Shown: one piece after another, positions 37,501 to 49,690 of the stretch | Position numbering within the stretch: the first letter of the stretch is position 1 | How the letters are laid out: every line of letters begins with the position of its first letter | Assembly (NCBI GenBank): GCA_002189035.1 | Contig: CM007989.1 | Location: 4,774,001-4,838,000 of the forward strand | From: Utricularia gibba | Taxonomy: Eukaryota; Plantae; Magnoliophyta | DNA length: 64,000 nt | Reading direction: 5' to 3' | Notes under the pieces: model-generated | Databases searched by the model: none | What the model was told of the DNA's origin: nothing | What the model saw: only the letters and a program-made list of their open reading frames with translations | Program-made: the position numbers and the translations under genes

Positions 37501-37535
37501 CTCATTTGCGGGAGGCTGATGAACCAAAGAAGTGA

Positions 37536-38944
37536 TGATAAACGGAAATTTCCTAATATCGTTGAAAATAAAAAAAGAAAATCCGTATCAAATAAATTTA
37601 TAATCCCTAATCTATACAAAATACAAATTTGGAAAACTTGTATAGTGGATATCGGGGTCGATCACGATGAGCTTGTGCTTGCTAAGTGTTTTAGTACATG
37701 CATAACTTCGGATAACAGTAGGTCTTAGTCTAAGCTCGGACTAACAGTGGTAAACAAATTCAGTAAACAAGGTAAGTAAGCAATATCAGGTTTCTACGCT
37801 AAGGTAACAGGTACTGGTTTTGACTTAGACTAATACGAGGACGCCTTAAGGGTCTGCGGGTGGTGTTATGCTAAGCTTCCTAACTTAATTTATTATCTTC
37901 CTACACTCACAACTTCAAATAACCTAAGTCTACCCAGGTCATTCATCATATTTTTGGCTTAAGCTAGTCTCCAATATCATAACCAACATTGCAATTAGGT
38001 CTACCCGCATGCAAGGCATATAGAACTAGGTCTACCCGGTTCTACTGGTTCTACCCTGGACTAACACCGACTGATCCTGTCTTGGTTTGTTGGTCTACCT
38101 CTAAACCAAGCATCTAAGTTGTGAAACTACTTGCTCCCCTCCTTAGGTCTACCCATGGTTTGTTAGGAACAAGAGTTAAGGAAGACAACTAAATTTCATC
38201 ATCAACCTAAACACATACCACCCACTTCTCCTTAAGGCATCCCTAAGACTCTAGCCACTCATGCTTTGGAAATAAAACACGATTTCATTCATATAAGTTG
38301 GCCAAAATGGCAGAAACATTGTAAACAAGTAAATGCAAAAAGTTGAAATGTTCAGAAAACTAGAAAGTAAATAAAGATTGTTCTTCCTCCCGTTAGCTAC
38401 TGTTCACCGCCCAGAACAGTAGCACTAGACTGGGCTCCGGTGCTATTCTTGGTGATGAAGGCCTCCCTTCCCCTTCTGGTTGGTGTTTTTCCCATTGGGG
38501 AAGAAGACCCCCTTGTGTCCCCCTCTCTATGTTCTTCCCGCTCTCCCCTTTTTCGAAAATAAATTTCCCATTTCCTTCACTCCATTGCACTGTTGCTGTC
38601 TGCTAGTACTGTTCCCGACCGCCAGCACTGTTCTCAGCCTGAACTTGCAGACTGCGGTGGCGGCAGAACAGTGCTCTTTGTCCTTCTCCAGATTTTGCGC
38701 CCCTTTTTTGCTTGTTTTACACGTTTGCAAGTCTGATTTTCAACTCATCTCCCTACTGAACTTACTGAAACATTAGTAACAAGAGTTGTGGACTAAATCA
38801 AAGGATTTAGTCCACTTTTCAACATAAGCACATAGGATTAACATAAACACCACTAAAGTATGAAAAACCACATTTATCTAACCTAAATCATGATAAAATA
38901 TAGCTATTTTGTGTTATGAATTTTAGGAAAAATGTGTGTTATCA
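37536..38944 (-). mobile_element. Athila family A solo LTR inserted in the copia 3' LTR
   Basis: Colinear with the reverse complement of 11963-13331 (TGATAAACGGAAATTT...GTGTGTTATCA). Flanks AGTGA/TTTAT do not form a TSD. Confidence 0.88.
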
Positions 38945-41442
38945 TTTATTCAGCGACAATCAAGGAACTAAATCAACGGTTACAATCAAGCGACAATCAA
39001 GGAACCAAATCAAGAAAACCAGATTCCTTGTTAAGAGATGATCCTGCACCCAAAGATCATGCTTTATTTCTTTTTTATTCATTAGACTCTCTCTTTAAAT
39101 ACTTCAGTTACAAACAAATAATGTAGATCTTCTTTGAATCTTGAATGAGAATATTTCCTCATCATTTAGCATTTCTTCACCCATGATAGTTTGATTTCTT
39201 TTCTTGCACGTTCCATTTGACTGGGGTATATAAGGTACTGTAAACTACTATACAATAATAGTTTTCTAATATAGAAATTTCAATTCATATGGAATCTATG
39301 ATAATACATGAATAATCAATGAAGAGTACTTTAAATTTTTTGCTTACAAGTTATCCTAGTTGAGCATGTTATATGAAGTTGTTCGCATGTGAAACACATA
39401 TTTGATAATTATCTTTCTGTTCAATATCTCTAATTTGGTGTTTCCCTTTCCTAAGATAGCTATGCATACTCCATCAGTGATCTCTATTTTTTCATAGTAA
39501 TGAGATATAAGTTTTAAAGATAGAGATGTCATTAGAAATGTAATTAGATGATCCACTATCTAGAAGTCAAGTCAGCTTATTGATGAACTTTGTTGTAGTT
39601 GTCAAAATTGTAGTTTTTCTTATGGTTAAGATATCGATATAGTTAGAAGATATTTCATTTTCTTGTAAATTCTTAAAGTATATATTTACCAAAACTCTAA
39701 CAAATGTCTCTATGATTGACATTTAGGTTTCCATTCTTTGTAGTTAGTTATCTATGAATTTGGACGACAACTTCCTTTTTAAGGATGTATACGCACTCAT
39801 GATGCCTCTTTTTATTGTAGAAATCACATACATTTTTTAGATTCCACCAACATTCTTTTGATATATGCAAGTTGGGTATTTTACAAATTGAACATATTGT
39901 GAGGCTTTTACTTTTTACTTTTGCTTTATTTCCAGTCATGAATGCTGATGAATTGTATGCTCCTTTGTTGCATTTTTTTACTTTCAATGTCCCAAATGTC
40001 ATGGTCGCAAATGCCTTATCCTGCACATCTTGTTGTTTCTAATGAATTTCTATTTCCAATGTTTCTCCATTAATTCATTACTAATGAATCTTTTCAAACA
40101 ACATGTAGCAATCAAGGAAGGCACTGTGGAGTTGTAGGTATGATGTAGAGCATTTAATATTACATCCTTCAATTTGTCTTCATCAAGAATTTATCCTAAA
40201 AATTTCAATTTTCGAACTCCATTCTTTATCACATCAGCAGGTGTCTAGATGGAGTCATGTGGAGATAGTTGATTTGAGTGGTTCGGCTCTCTACCTTTCC
40301 AAGGTAGATTTTTTGAGCGGCATTCATGCTTTTTTAGATGTTTCACAATTCAGAATAATCTCATATGCTTCTTCAATAATGATTGCATCACGCATTGCAC
40401 ATATTCTGTTTTTTTTTTATTTGTAGACTTTGAGAACTGATGGATCATTGGTTCTACTTCATATAAGTAGTCCCATAAGTCTTGGTGCATTAAATGATTT
40501 TTCATTTTCTCTTTACAAATCAAATTTTTCTATGGATCTTTTCCATCAAATGTGGTTGGAGCTTGGAGACTCGAAGAAGTAGTATACATTCTTCAAGCAA
40601 TGAGTAGAAGTAACAAATTTTGCAAGTGAAGAAGGCAAGAATGGACTTGTCTTCACATCTGATTCACCCAAAGGAGTTTAGCATCTCTCTGACATGCAAA
40701 GAGAAAGCTTATAAAGAAAAATTTGAGTATTATAGATAGACATGTTTAGCAAATGGGGTAGATCAACCAGTTCAACACAATCATTTCTATTTCTATTTAT
40801 AGTGTTTAGCAGAATTCCACATTCAAATGAATATTAGCTAAGTTAACATTGTTCTATCAGATTTGTTGTCCTCAAACATAAATTAGTCACTTTGTTGAAG
40901 CCCAATCAAAATCTCACATAATTACTGCATCTCAATGTCCTATCACTCTAACCCCCAATCTCAATATTCTTTTTCCTAATTGTTGTGTCGCGCTCGCTTG
41001 ACTTGAGATGAATGTTCTCATCGTGTTCTCATCATGCACGAGCATTCTCTCTATGCGGGAAAATGCCTTGCCTTCCATGTGGGAGCCATTACCTTGACTC
41101 GGGTACCTGCGGTTGGCTTTGGTGGGCTCTTCATTTGCCCTAGTGAACACACGCAAGCACAATCTACAATGCCTCTTTGTGGTCGACATGCAATCTCTTC
41201 CAGTTCCAGAGCCTTGTTAGTATGCGAGCATTTCTGCTTGCGGATCTAATTATAATACAACAGTTGGTATAAATATTGGGTTTGTGTATTGAGTAGAATA
41301 ATAGTAGATTTTAGAAGACCTTTATATGTATCTCAAAATATCAATAAAAAAGATACACGATTTTCTCCAATTCTTCACTTAGCCCTTTAAGAGCAATGGA
41401 GTTGATAAGTAACCCAAAATCGGGTTCAGTTCCCAGGTTTAG

Positions 41443-41718
41443 CTAGCAGGATTTCCCTCTGGAATCCACTGGTTTAGTGGACATGTAGAGATTGTAAATG
41501 CTCTTGTACCTCTGCTTCTTCATTGCTCTGACCTCCTCCGTGACCGTGACGCCATGCTCACCTCCTCTTTTACTGCTCCTGTCCACCGCCGCCGCCGTGT
41601 GTTCGATATCCTCGTCTCCAAACAACTCCATCAACATCCCTGCAACAGCCCTTCTGAAACCCTCGTCGAGACACCTCAGTTCCCCAACTCCGGATTGCGT
41701 TCGACGCTCGCGAGCCAT
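41443..41718 (-). CDS. Possible small uncharacterised plant protein (91 aa from MARERR; open frame extends upstream to 42096)
   Basis: GC-rich island in AT-rich flanks with a 217-codon open frame. The C-terminal KKQRYKSIYNLYMSTKPV resembles a K-x-R-[FY]-x-S-[IL]-x-x-[IL]-Y-x-x-T-K-P motif I recall from uncharacterised plant proteins. I cannot name a family and the start codon is uncertain. Confidence 0.5.
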   Translation of the reverse strand: MARERRTQSGVGELRCLDEGFRRAVAGMLMELFGDEDIEHTAAAVDRSSKRGGEHGVTVTEEVRAMKKQRYKSIYNLYMSTKPVDSRGKSC

Positions 41719-43365
41719 TCCGATCGACCGGTCATGGGCTGCCTGTAAACGAAGAGTTGTGATGATCTGAGCTGAGCTCCAGCCGCCCCTTGTGGTTGTC
41801 TCTTTTATCTTGCTTTGAAAAGCGCGTTGTGGAAAGCGGGGGCACAGGGAGAGAAGCTTCCGTGTTGGTGACCTGAAGCGACGTGGAAAGGACCAGCGGC
41901 GTCTCTTTATCAAATGTTTATTCATTAAATAATTATAAAACAAACTTGTCAAAGCGCAAATAGGAATAGAAAATGACTGGTGGGCAATCAGCTGAGCAGT
42001 CTGACTTCTCTTAGTCCTTTTTCCATTTAAATTATTTTCTTTTAAAAAAACTGCAAATAAATGGCCTTTGACTTTTGGAATCACATTGTCAACCATTAGT
42101 TGCCTAGGTTTCAGAATTTATATCCAAATGAGTGTTATTTTTGTAGTGAATAACGCACATTTTAAAATGGTCTTATTGACTAACCAGTCACATTGATGAA
42201 TCTGATCCATTGGTGAAAGATGGTTTGGTATTTTACTATAACAAAAATAATAAAATAATATAAATGTTGACCGATCAAACATAACTTATTCGATTTGATA
42301 TAAAAAAAATAATGTATATTGGCAACATGCTGAAATTAAATTTTCTAATACAGATGTAATGTTTGTTTTTAGACAACCATCTTTGAATTTTTTATCATAA
42401 TTTTGAGACAATAAAAAAGAAGATAGTAAGTAGCTTCGGTAATAGTGCACCCACATAAAAGTAAGTACTCTTTTGTTAGCATATGAAAGGCTGTTTTGCA
42501 TTAAATAAAATATAATAACCTTCCATTTGGGAAGAAGCAATATTTAAAACTATAGATTACTTATCAATGTATTTTATTTTTATTTACTACCTAGTTCATG
42601 ATAAAACATAAATTCATGTTCCAGATGAGTTTAATTAATCATATCATATGAAAACACAACCTTTGTTTGAAAATGAATTCCGCACTTGTAAGATTAATTC
42701 TATTCATGTAAAATTGTTTCTACATTCCAAATATATACAATAGTGATTTTACAATCAATTCACTTCTCACAAAAGTATGGAAGTATAGTTATTTTGAGAC
42801 AATTAATTTTTGAAAGCTAACTTGATATGTGAATACAATTATAATCATTCTTTTTATAAGAAATTACAATTAATACGCATAAATTATTCATCGCATTTGT
42901 AATAATAGAATAAACGCTTTACTTTATAATGTTTAGTTTTCTATCTTGCTTTTATAATATTAATATACATAGATTTAAACTGTCGTAATAATATAATTTA
43001 TGAATTGTTAAAATATGGTTACTAATAAATATAGATAAATATGTTATTTACGTATAAAAATCAATTTTCAACATATATCAATTATTATTGCTAAAATTGT
43101 CAATTTTAATATAATTAATTCTCTAGCGATTTTTTCAAACTTGCTTGCAATATTATCTCTTCAACTATCAGTTTGTTTTTTTTATTTTTATCAACAAATT
43201 TATTGTTTATGTTGAATATTTCATAAAAAAATTCTATCAATTTTTTAGGTTATAACAAAAAAACATATTTTTTAAAATTTTGAACCATGGAAATTTTGAT
43301 AAATTTTATATAATATTGCATATTTTATATAAAAATGGATATTTCAACCTTGGGCACAAATCCCT

Positions 43366-44491
43366 TGTTGCGTGTCGTTTCCTCAACAAATTTTAAATAT
43401 TTTAAAACGTAAAACACTAGAAAGCGTAGTCGTCCTTGCCTCGGTTTTCACTGATTTCTTCCGAATAACTGGTTATAGAAGCAAAGAATAGTCTACTCTC
43501 CCTTACACTCTGATTGACAAGGAGGCACGGGAATAGCCTCATGTGATTCCCCTTGGACGATTAGGAAGACAAGAGGATTGCCTTTGATTGCCTTCAAAAC
43601 CGAATTGTGCACGTGTGCCCAGCTGTTGCCAATGGCCAGTGGCAGATTCGAGGTCACAACCTGTCCACTGTCGCGGTACCTAGGCCACAAACAATCTGCT
43701 ACTTCCCTCGAACCAGCAGGGTTGGAATTGGTGCTCTTCACCTTGATCTTCATCAAAATCCGCGAGAAGTGGCCTACTACTCATGTACCTTGACTAAGAG
43801 TCGTTATAGAAAGACTGCAATAAGATGCGTGGAAGTATGCAGAATCCGAATTGAATTCAGTGAAGAACCGAGTGTATTGCTCAGGACTTGGAAGGAAACT
43901 TCATCTACTTCCAGAAACTAAAGGTTTTTAGCCCGAAAGGGCCATGGAAACAGAAACGAAAAGAAACTAAGTGTTCTTCCTCCTTGAGAAGAGGAAAAGA
44001 ACTCAAAAGTTCTAAGTACAAGGAAAAATGTTCAAAAGTAATAAACTAAGTGCTCCAAGTGGCTTTTATATGACTTCCCACGTGCATTAACTCTTTTGGG
44101 TTCCCTTCCCATCATTCATTCTGTCTTGCGTGCGCCAGCAGCCTTTCTTTGCGTGCAAGTTTGCGCCCAATAATTGATGCAGACTCTGGCATGCCGTAAG
44201 TCATGGGCCTTGACCAGTGTCAGTCTTCCGCCCACAATCATTCCAACTTGCGTACAAGGCACGAAAACTCAGAGTCTGACCACCTGCAATACTCCTGCAA
44301 CACTCCTGACAGTCTACTGACATGCCTCGGTCAAAGTGTGAGAAAAAATGCATCAAATATACATAAAATGGGAAAATAGTAATTTTCTAGTAAAAATCAA
44401 ATAATTAATAATAAGACTTCTAATTGGGCGACTTAGCACTTAATTAATACATAATAATATCTAAATAATAACTAGAAAATGACACTTAACA
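43366..44491 (-). mobile_element. Solo LTR (~1.13 kb, Ty3/gypsy-like)
   Basis: Minus-strand TGTTAAGTGTC...CGACACGCAACA termini, flanks TCCCT/TACCT (4/5 match), and a TATA-like CATATAAAAGCC on the minus strand at ~44065. Confidence 0.7.
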
Positions 44492-46674
44492 TACCTACTG
44501 AACAAGTTAGTACAAGAAATACAATTTGTCAAGATGCCACAAACCCAACAATACGATGCTTATATCATTGATTTTTTTTAAAAAAAAATTCAAAATACAA
44601 GCACTACAACACTTCACTACTGTGCTCGGGTGTTAATTCTTTTCTTTAAAAGTATTCGTAGTGTAACATCCTCAACATGATATTACGGCGTTTGCGTCTT
44701 TAATTTTTTTTTTTTAAAAAAAAGTATTTGAAGTGCAAGCATTATAAACACGTCATTACGATGTGCACATCTTTAATCTTTTATTGAAAATATTCGACGT
44801 GCAAAGTAACGCGAACACTTTTCAAGTAATGGTGCCTGCACCTTTAATTCTTTTATTTTTAAAGAATAATATTTTTTAATACATTAAAAAATTACAAATT
44901 TACGCAGGTCTAAAAATTACTGGACTTGTATTCGTGTCTAGGACTAGGTATTTTGATAATATTCTATATAGATTTAATTATTAAATATCCAGCAAAATAA
45001 ATTATCGTTTTTTTAAAAGACAATGTTGTTTTTTCAAATTATTGATTTTTGTGTAAATTAATCCTATATATATTTAGTATTCAACAAATTTAAACATTTT
45101 ATCAAATTAGCAAGATGAAAAACGAGTGTTGTTGCTATTTTAATTAGCTGTGTTAAATACCTTGTAATATCAACATTGTTGGAGCAATGTTCAAAATTCA
45201 AAAAAGAAATTCCATTTTGGATTGGGTTTATAAATCGAAATCTTAAGAAAATTTTGAAATATTTATTTAAAAATAAATCAAATTTTCGATAAAATTTAAC
45301 ACGTCGTATCGAAAGGTCACTACCAAAAAGGCATCACTATTGGACTGATTTGAAGACACGGAAATGGGCCACGTGGATGGCTCTAAAGTAGGCCCATGAA
45401 CAGTGTAGGGATACCCGATACACCATGTTAGAAGGGGGGCCCACTGAAGGAATATTATATTTTCTGTGTGTTTTTTTGCTATTGTTTTCCATTAAATAAA
45501 TAAGAAAGAAAGAAGCCGGCGCATGGGGGTACGCAAGAAGATGAGCAGCAAAGTGATGGACCATTTTGCCTTTACAGGGCTCCAAGCCTCAAAAGCTTTA
45601 TGGAAATATTCTCTTTCAATCTTGTCATAAGGTGGTCATGCCTCCTCTATGCCTTTCTGCTATTCTGAGAGTCACAGGTGATGAACTATCTCCTCCACCC
45701 AGTTACTCAGGCGTTGGATCTGCGATGTCTCACTGGGTGTCGTTCATTGATCATGAAGCCCCGGATTACGTCCATTCTCAAGGCTTAGGTGATGCGTGGA
45801 AGGAAACGTCCCACGGATTCTGCATGTAAAGGAGCGAGGATTGATCATTCATGAATCCGGCTACCTGTCGCGTCGTCCCTCTTTGAAAAACCTTGCATCA
45901 GCTACAGAGAGCCATGACTACTGTGCCTTGCTCACGCTTCCTTCTCAAACCAGTAGCTTCTTTTCTTCTTTCCGTTCCCGGTTGCACAGCCTCTGCTTTA
46001 GTACCCGTTTCAGGAATCAAAATATTGCCTCTTTTCTTGTGCTCTGCGCCCCGTCTTTCAGCCCCTTTCTCTTCCTGTGGCTCAGTTCTATGAATCATGC
46101 CCAAACATGCCGTACGCCTTCGGAGGCAGGACGGTTGCCTACCTGAAACGAACAAATACTGTTTGAAATAGTGTGTTGAATTCACGATCCGAATGACAGT
46201 GTATGAAACTCAGATTGTTGAGAGAAGTGAGTTCCACGTTCGCCAGTCGTGGAGCCAATGTCATTACTTCTAGTTAAGTATCCTCTTGAGACACTCACAG
46301 TAACACGTATCAAATGAAGGACTGAATGTGATGGAGTTTAGTTTAGAACACCATTGAGCAGTCAAAGGATCTCCTTTTTAGGAGGAAGGGGATTCGGGAG
46401 GTGGTTGAGAAAAAAGACAGATTTGGGACACGGGTCGACATGAGTGTCAAGGATTGGGGGATTTTGAACTAAAAGACAGATTAGGGACACGGGTCGGCAC
46501 TTTTGTTAGGGACAATAGCACATTAGACCCCCTCTGTCACTCATTCAGACTGCTCTCTCAAATCCCTCTCTTCCTTCACACAACACACACATTTCTTCTT
46601 CTTCCTCAGGAGCCGCGCCTCGTTCCCCCTAACCCGCCTCTGTGGCTTGTTGCAGCTACAAAGCAAAAGGAAGA

Positions 46675-47947
46675 ATGGAAGAGAAAACGTTGGTAGCATT
46701 TGCAGTGGTGTTGCTGTTGCTGAGTACTGCATCCACAGGGGTTGATTCCAAAGGCCATCATCGCAGGAACTTCAATGTGCTGAAACTTGGGGGTGAAGAA
46801 GAAAAGTATGTTGCCTGGCTGAAGAAGATGGGTTCCAGAAACCATTCTTCATCTTTCATGGAGGCTAAGAACAAACTGCAGCCCTGCAAGTTTATTAGAG
46901 TCAGCAAGGATCCGAAACAGGGGGATTTCACTACTTTGAACAAGGCCATAAGCTCCATCCCTCTGTTCAATCCTTGCAGAGTGGTTATTTCTGTTGCTCC
47001 TGGAACTTACAGGTACCTCAGCCTATCATGAGCATTCAATGCTATTATTTGTCTATTTATTTTGTTGAACTTCTGCAGGGAAAAGGTTGAAATACCTATA
47101 ACAATGGCTTATGTTACTCTCCAAGGATCTGGAGCTAACAGAACAATCATCCGCTGGGATGATACTGCTGATAAAATTGGCTCAAATGGGCTGATTTTGG
47201 GCACTTACGGCTCCGCGACGTTCGCAGTAAACGCACCTTATTTCATAGCAAAAGACATCACCTTTAAGAACAAGGCCCCTCCGCCGCCCCCGGGAGCTAC
47301 TGGGAAACAAGCGGTGGCTCTCAGGATATCTGCGGATATGGCGGCGTTCATGAACTGTAAATTCATCGGAGCGCAAGACACGCTTTACGACCACCGCGGC
47401 CGCCATTACTTCAACAACTGTCACATTCAGGGATCCGTGGATTTCATATTTGGAAACGGGCTGTCGCTGTACGAAAACTGCCATCTCCGAGCGAAAACTA
47501 AAAATTACGGAGCTCTAACAGCCCAGAAAAGAGAGAGCATGCTTGAAGAAACGGGCTTCTCGTTCGTCAACTGCAGAGTAACCGGGTCCGGGGCGATGTA
47601 TTTGGGTCGGGCATGGGGCACTTTTTCACGGGTGGTGTTCGCTTACACCTTCATGGAGAAGATCATTACACCCAGAGGATGGTACGATTGGGGAGATAAG
47701 CAGCGGCAATTGTGGGTTCTCGAACCGAACTCCATAAAGATTCGATTTTTACTCCCATTTCACTGATTTGTTTTTGGTGCGGGGTAAAATATACAGGACT
47801 GTGTTTTACGGGCAGTTCAAGTGTTCGGGTCCTGGAGCGGAGCACGGCGGAAGAGTCCCCTGGGCGAGGGAGCTGACGGAAGAAGAAGCTCGCCCATTTG
47901 TGACCCTTGATTTCATCGACGGCCACCAATGGCTCCCAGATTCGTGA
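46675..47947 (+). CDS. Type II pectin methylesterase (no PMEI domain; PME53-like), 3 exons, 373 aa
   Basis: Exons 46675-47012, 47079-47711 and 47797-47947 with GT-AG introns give 1122 nt in frame. Signal peptide, then PME motifs GTYREKV, QAVAL, QDTL, DFIFG, LGRAW and [12 protein letters not shown]. Confidence 0.95.
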
Positions 47948-48949
47948 TCCTATTCTTATTCCTCGCTGGTTTCCTACCTGTAGTTTTGTATTCCATGTCA
48001 TCATTCCTTCCTGTGTCGCCTGGTGCTGTTGCAATAATTTATCCATGTCCATTTCCATGCCCATGGCCATGCCCATGATGGTACATCAGAAGGACTGGAG
48101 CAATGAATTATTCCCGCATAACCTTAAAACCAGTCATGGCAATTGCTACCCCAACCCCAACCCCCAGATCCTTTCAAAGATGCAGTAGTAGTAATCGTGA
48201 ATAAACAAACCAAACCTTAACGGGAGCTGGAAGATTATTAAGAAAAGAGAGTTGGAATGAAAGGCAGGCATGGAGTGCTACTGCTGCACCACCCCTTCCT
48301 TCTGAGCAAGTTGGGCAAGCAGATAAGTGGCTTCTCATTTTCCTACACTCTTTTTTAACACTAAACCATCGCCCTCACTTCACAAATCTAACTTTCCTGT
48401 CCGCTATCTATGGAGATCGCTCGGGCTTTCTCCTCATCATTGATTTTGTTTATTTGTTTGTTTGGGAAATTAGTAATTTGTAACTACCAATCTTTTTAAC
48501 TCAATATGTTCCACGAGACTTAATAAATCAAAGTTACAATTCTAGATATCTAAATATCAAATTAAACTTCAATTTTCACGGAAAGATGTAAAAAATGTTG
48601 GAAAACCATCAGAATCAATTCTATTATAATTCTGAATAGACTTAATTATGTATTCTAAACATATATTAAATTTATTTTGCTTGATTAATTTTTGAAACTT
48701 AATTTACTTCTATCAGAAACATGGAATAATAAGTTTTCATGAGAATTGATTTTTAATAAGTGATTCAAAAATTAAAATTACAGTCATATTCTTATAAATA
48801 ATTATAATTAAATAATATTATAAATAATTTATTTATTTTAATTTTTAAATAATAATTTAATATAAATATACTTAAATTAAAGTAATTACATAAATTATAT
48901 TTTAAAAATCATATAATAATTTTATAATTTAATATAAAAAATATGAGAA

Positions 48950-49690
48950 ATTTAAATTTATCATTAATGTTTATTTTAAAATTCATTTTGATATCAAAAT
49001 TTCAAGATTTCATTTTTACCATTAAACATATATAACTTGTTTCATTTTTGTTATCACACTATAAATTGATTTAAAAATATTGAAAAATTGGTTCAAATTG
49101 GTTTACACCAATTCATACAGAAAACCAACAAAACAATATATTCAAAAACAACATAATCATATATTCATCAATAATAAAACCATACACTTATGAAAAACAA
49201 AGCACTATTCCAACAAAAAACAGAGAGTTTAAAAAACTTCTCTTTAGTTAACTTACTTCATAGTCATGCTTAGCTATATAAATATACAAAAAAGATTCAA
49301 AAGCTAACCCACAAACACAGGAACATCATAACTCTATACCCACAAGCATATGAACGGCATAATTCTATTTTCTCCACATTAACTAGAGAAAAGTTGGTTA
49401 GACTCTCTGCTTTTTCATGATGTAGTGTTTTGTTGCTTATGAATGCATGATTTTGTTGTTCATGAAGTATGGTTTTGTTGTTTTTGAATGTATTATTTTG
49501 TTGTTTTGCTGCATGAATCGATCTAAACCGGTTCAAACTGGTTTTTCAATATTTTTAAACCGGTTTATAATTGATGACAAAAATAAAACGAGTTATACAT
49601 GTTTAATTGTAAAAATAAAATTATAAAAGTTTGATGGCAAAATTGAATTTTAAAACAAACATTAATGGGAGATTTGAAATTTTTTCTAAA
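48950..49690. repeat. Long imperfect inverted repeat (foldback / non-autonomous TIR element)
   Basis: ~48950-49250 is the approximate reverse complement of ~49420-49690 (e.g. TTTAAAAATATTGAAAAATTGGTTCAAATTGGTTTA vs TTTAAAAATATTGAAAAACCAGTTTGAACCGGTTTA). No coding content. Confidence 0.65.

Larger units (their letters stand above)
32874..39179 (+). mobile_element. Full-length decayed Ty1/copia element (Ale/Retrofit-like) with TSD CCCAT
   Basis: 5' LTR 32874-33116, PBS TGGTATCGGAGC (tRNA-iMet type) 33117-33128, PPT-like GCGGGAGGC, and a 3' LTR starting at 37517 and ending at 39179 (interrupted). CCCAT is at 32869-32873 and 39180-39184. Confidence 0.92.
32700..40900 (-). mobile_element. Old Ty1/copia remnant (LTR/gag/protease/integrase), split by the younger copia at 32874-39179
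   Basis: Minus-strand gag PTTFDGK and EIILNCETSKKA*, zinc knuckles CSICKIPNLHISKECW (39748-40026), protease *LLDSGSSNYIS (~39560). Integrase YTP.SNGTCKKRNQTIM (39230-39180) joins GMTKCFLF*GNLPKILWGETIN (left of 32873). Outer boundaries are approximate. Confidence 0.7.

Noticed and set aside
40932-41249. Overlapping short ORFs on both strands
   Set aside because: No recognisable homology or gene structure; left unassigned.
44600-44860. Spaced repeats resembling a CRISPR array or a CACTA end
   Set aside because: The units are degenerate ~65-70-bp tandem repeats with no constant repeat and unique spacer pattern. The context is eukaryotic, there are no cas genes, and no partner TIR was found.
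47182-47484. 100-aa ORF antisense to PME exon 2
   Set aside because: Shadow ORF of a GC-rich coding exon.
48200-48340. Possible miRNA precursor downstream of PME
   Set aside because: No match to conserved mature miRNA sequences I recall and no long near-perfect hairpin.
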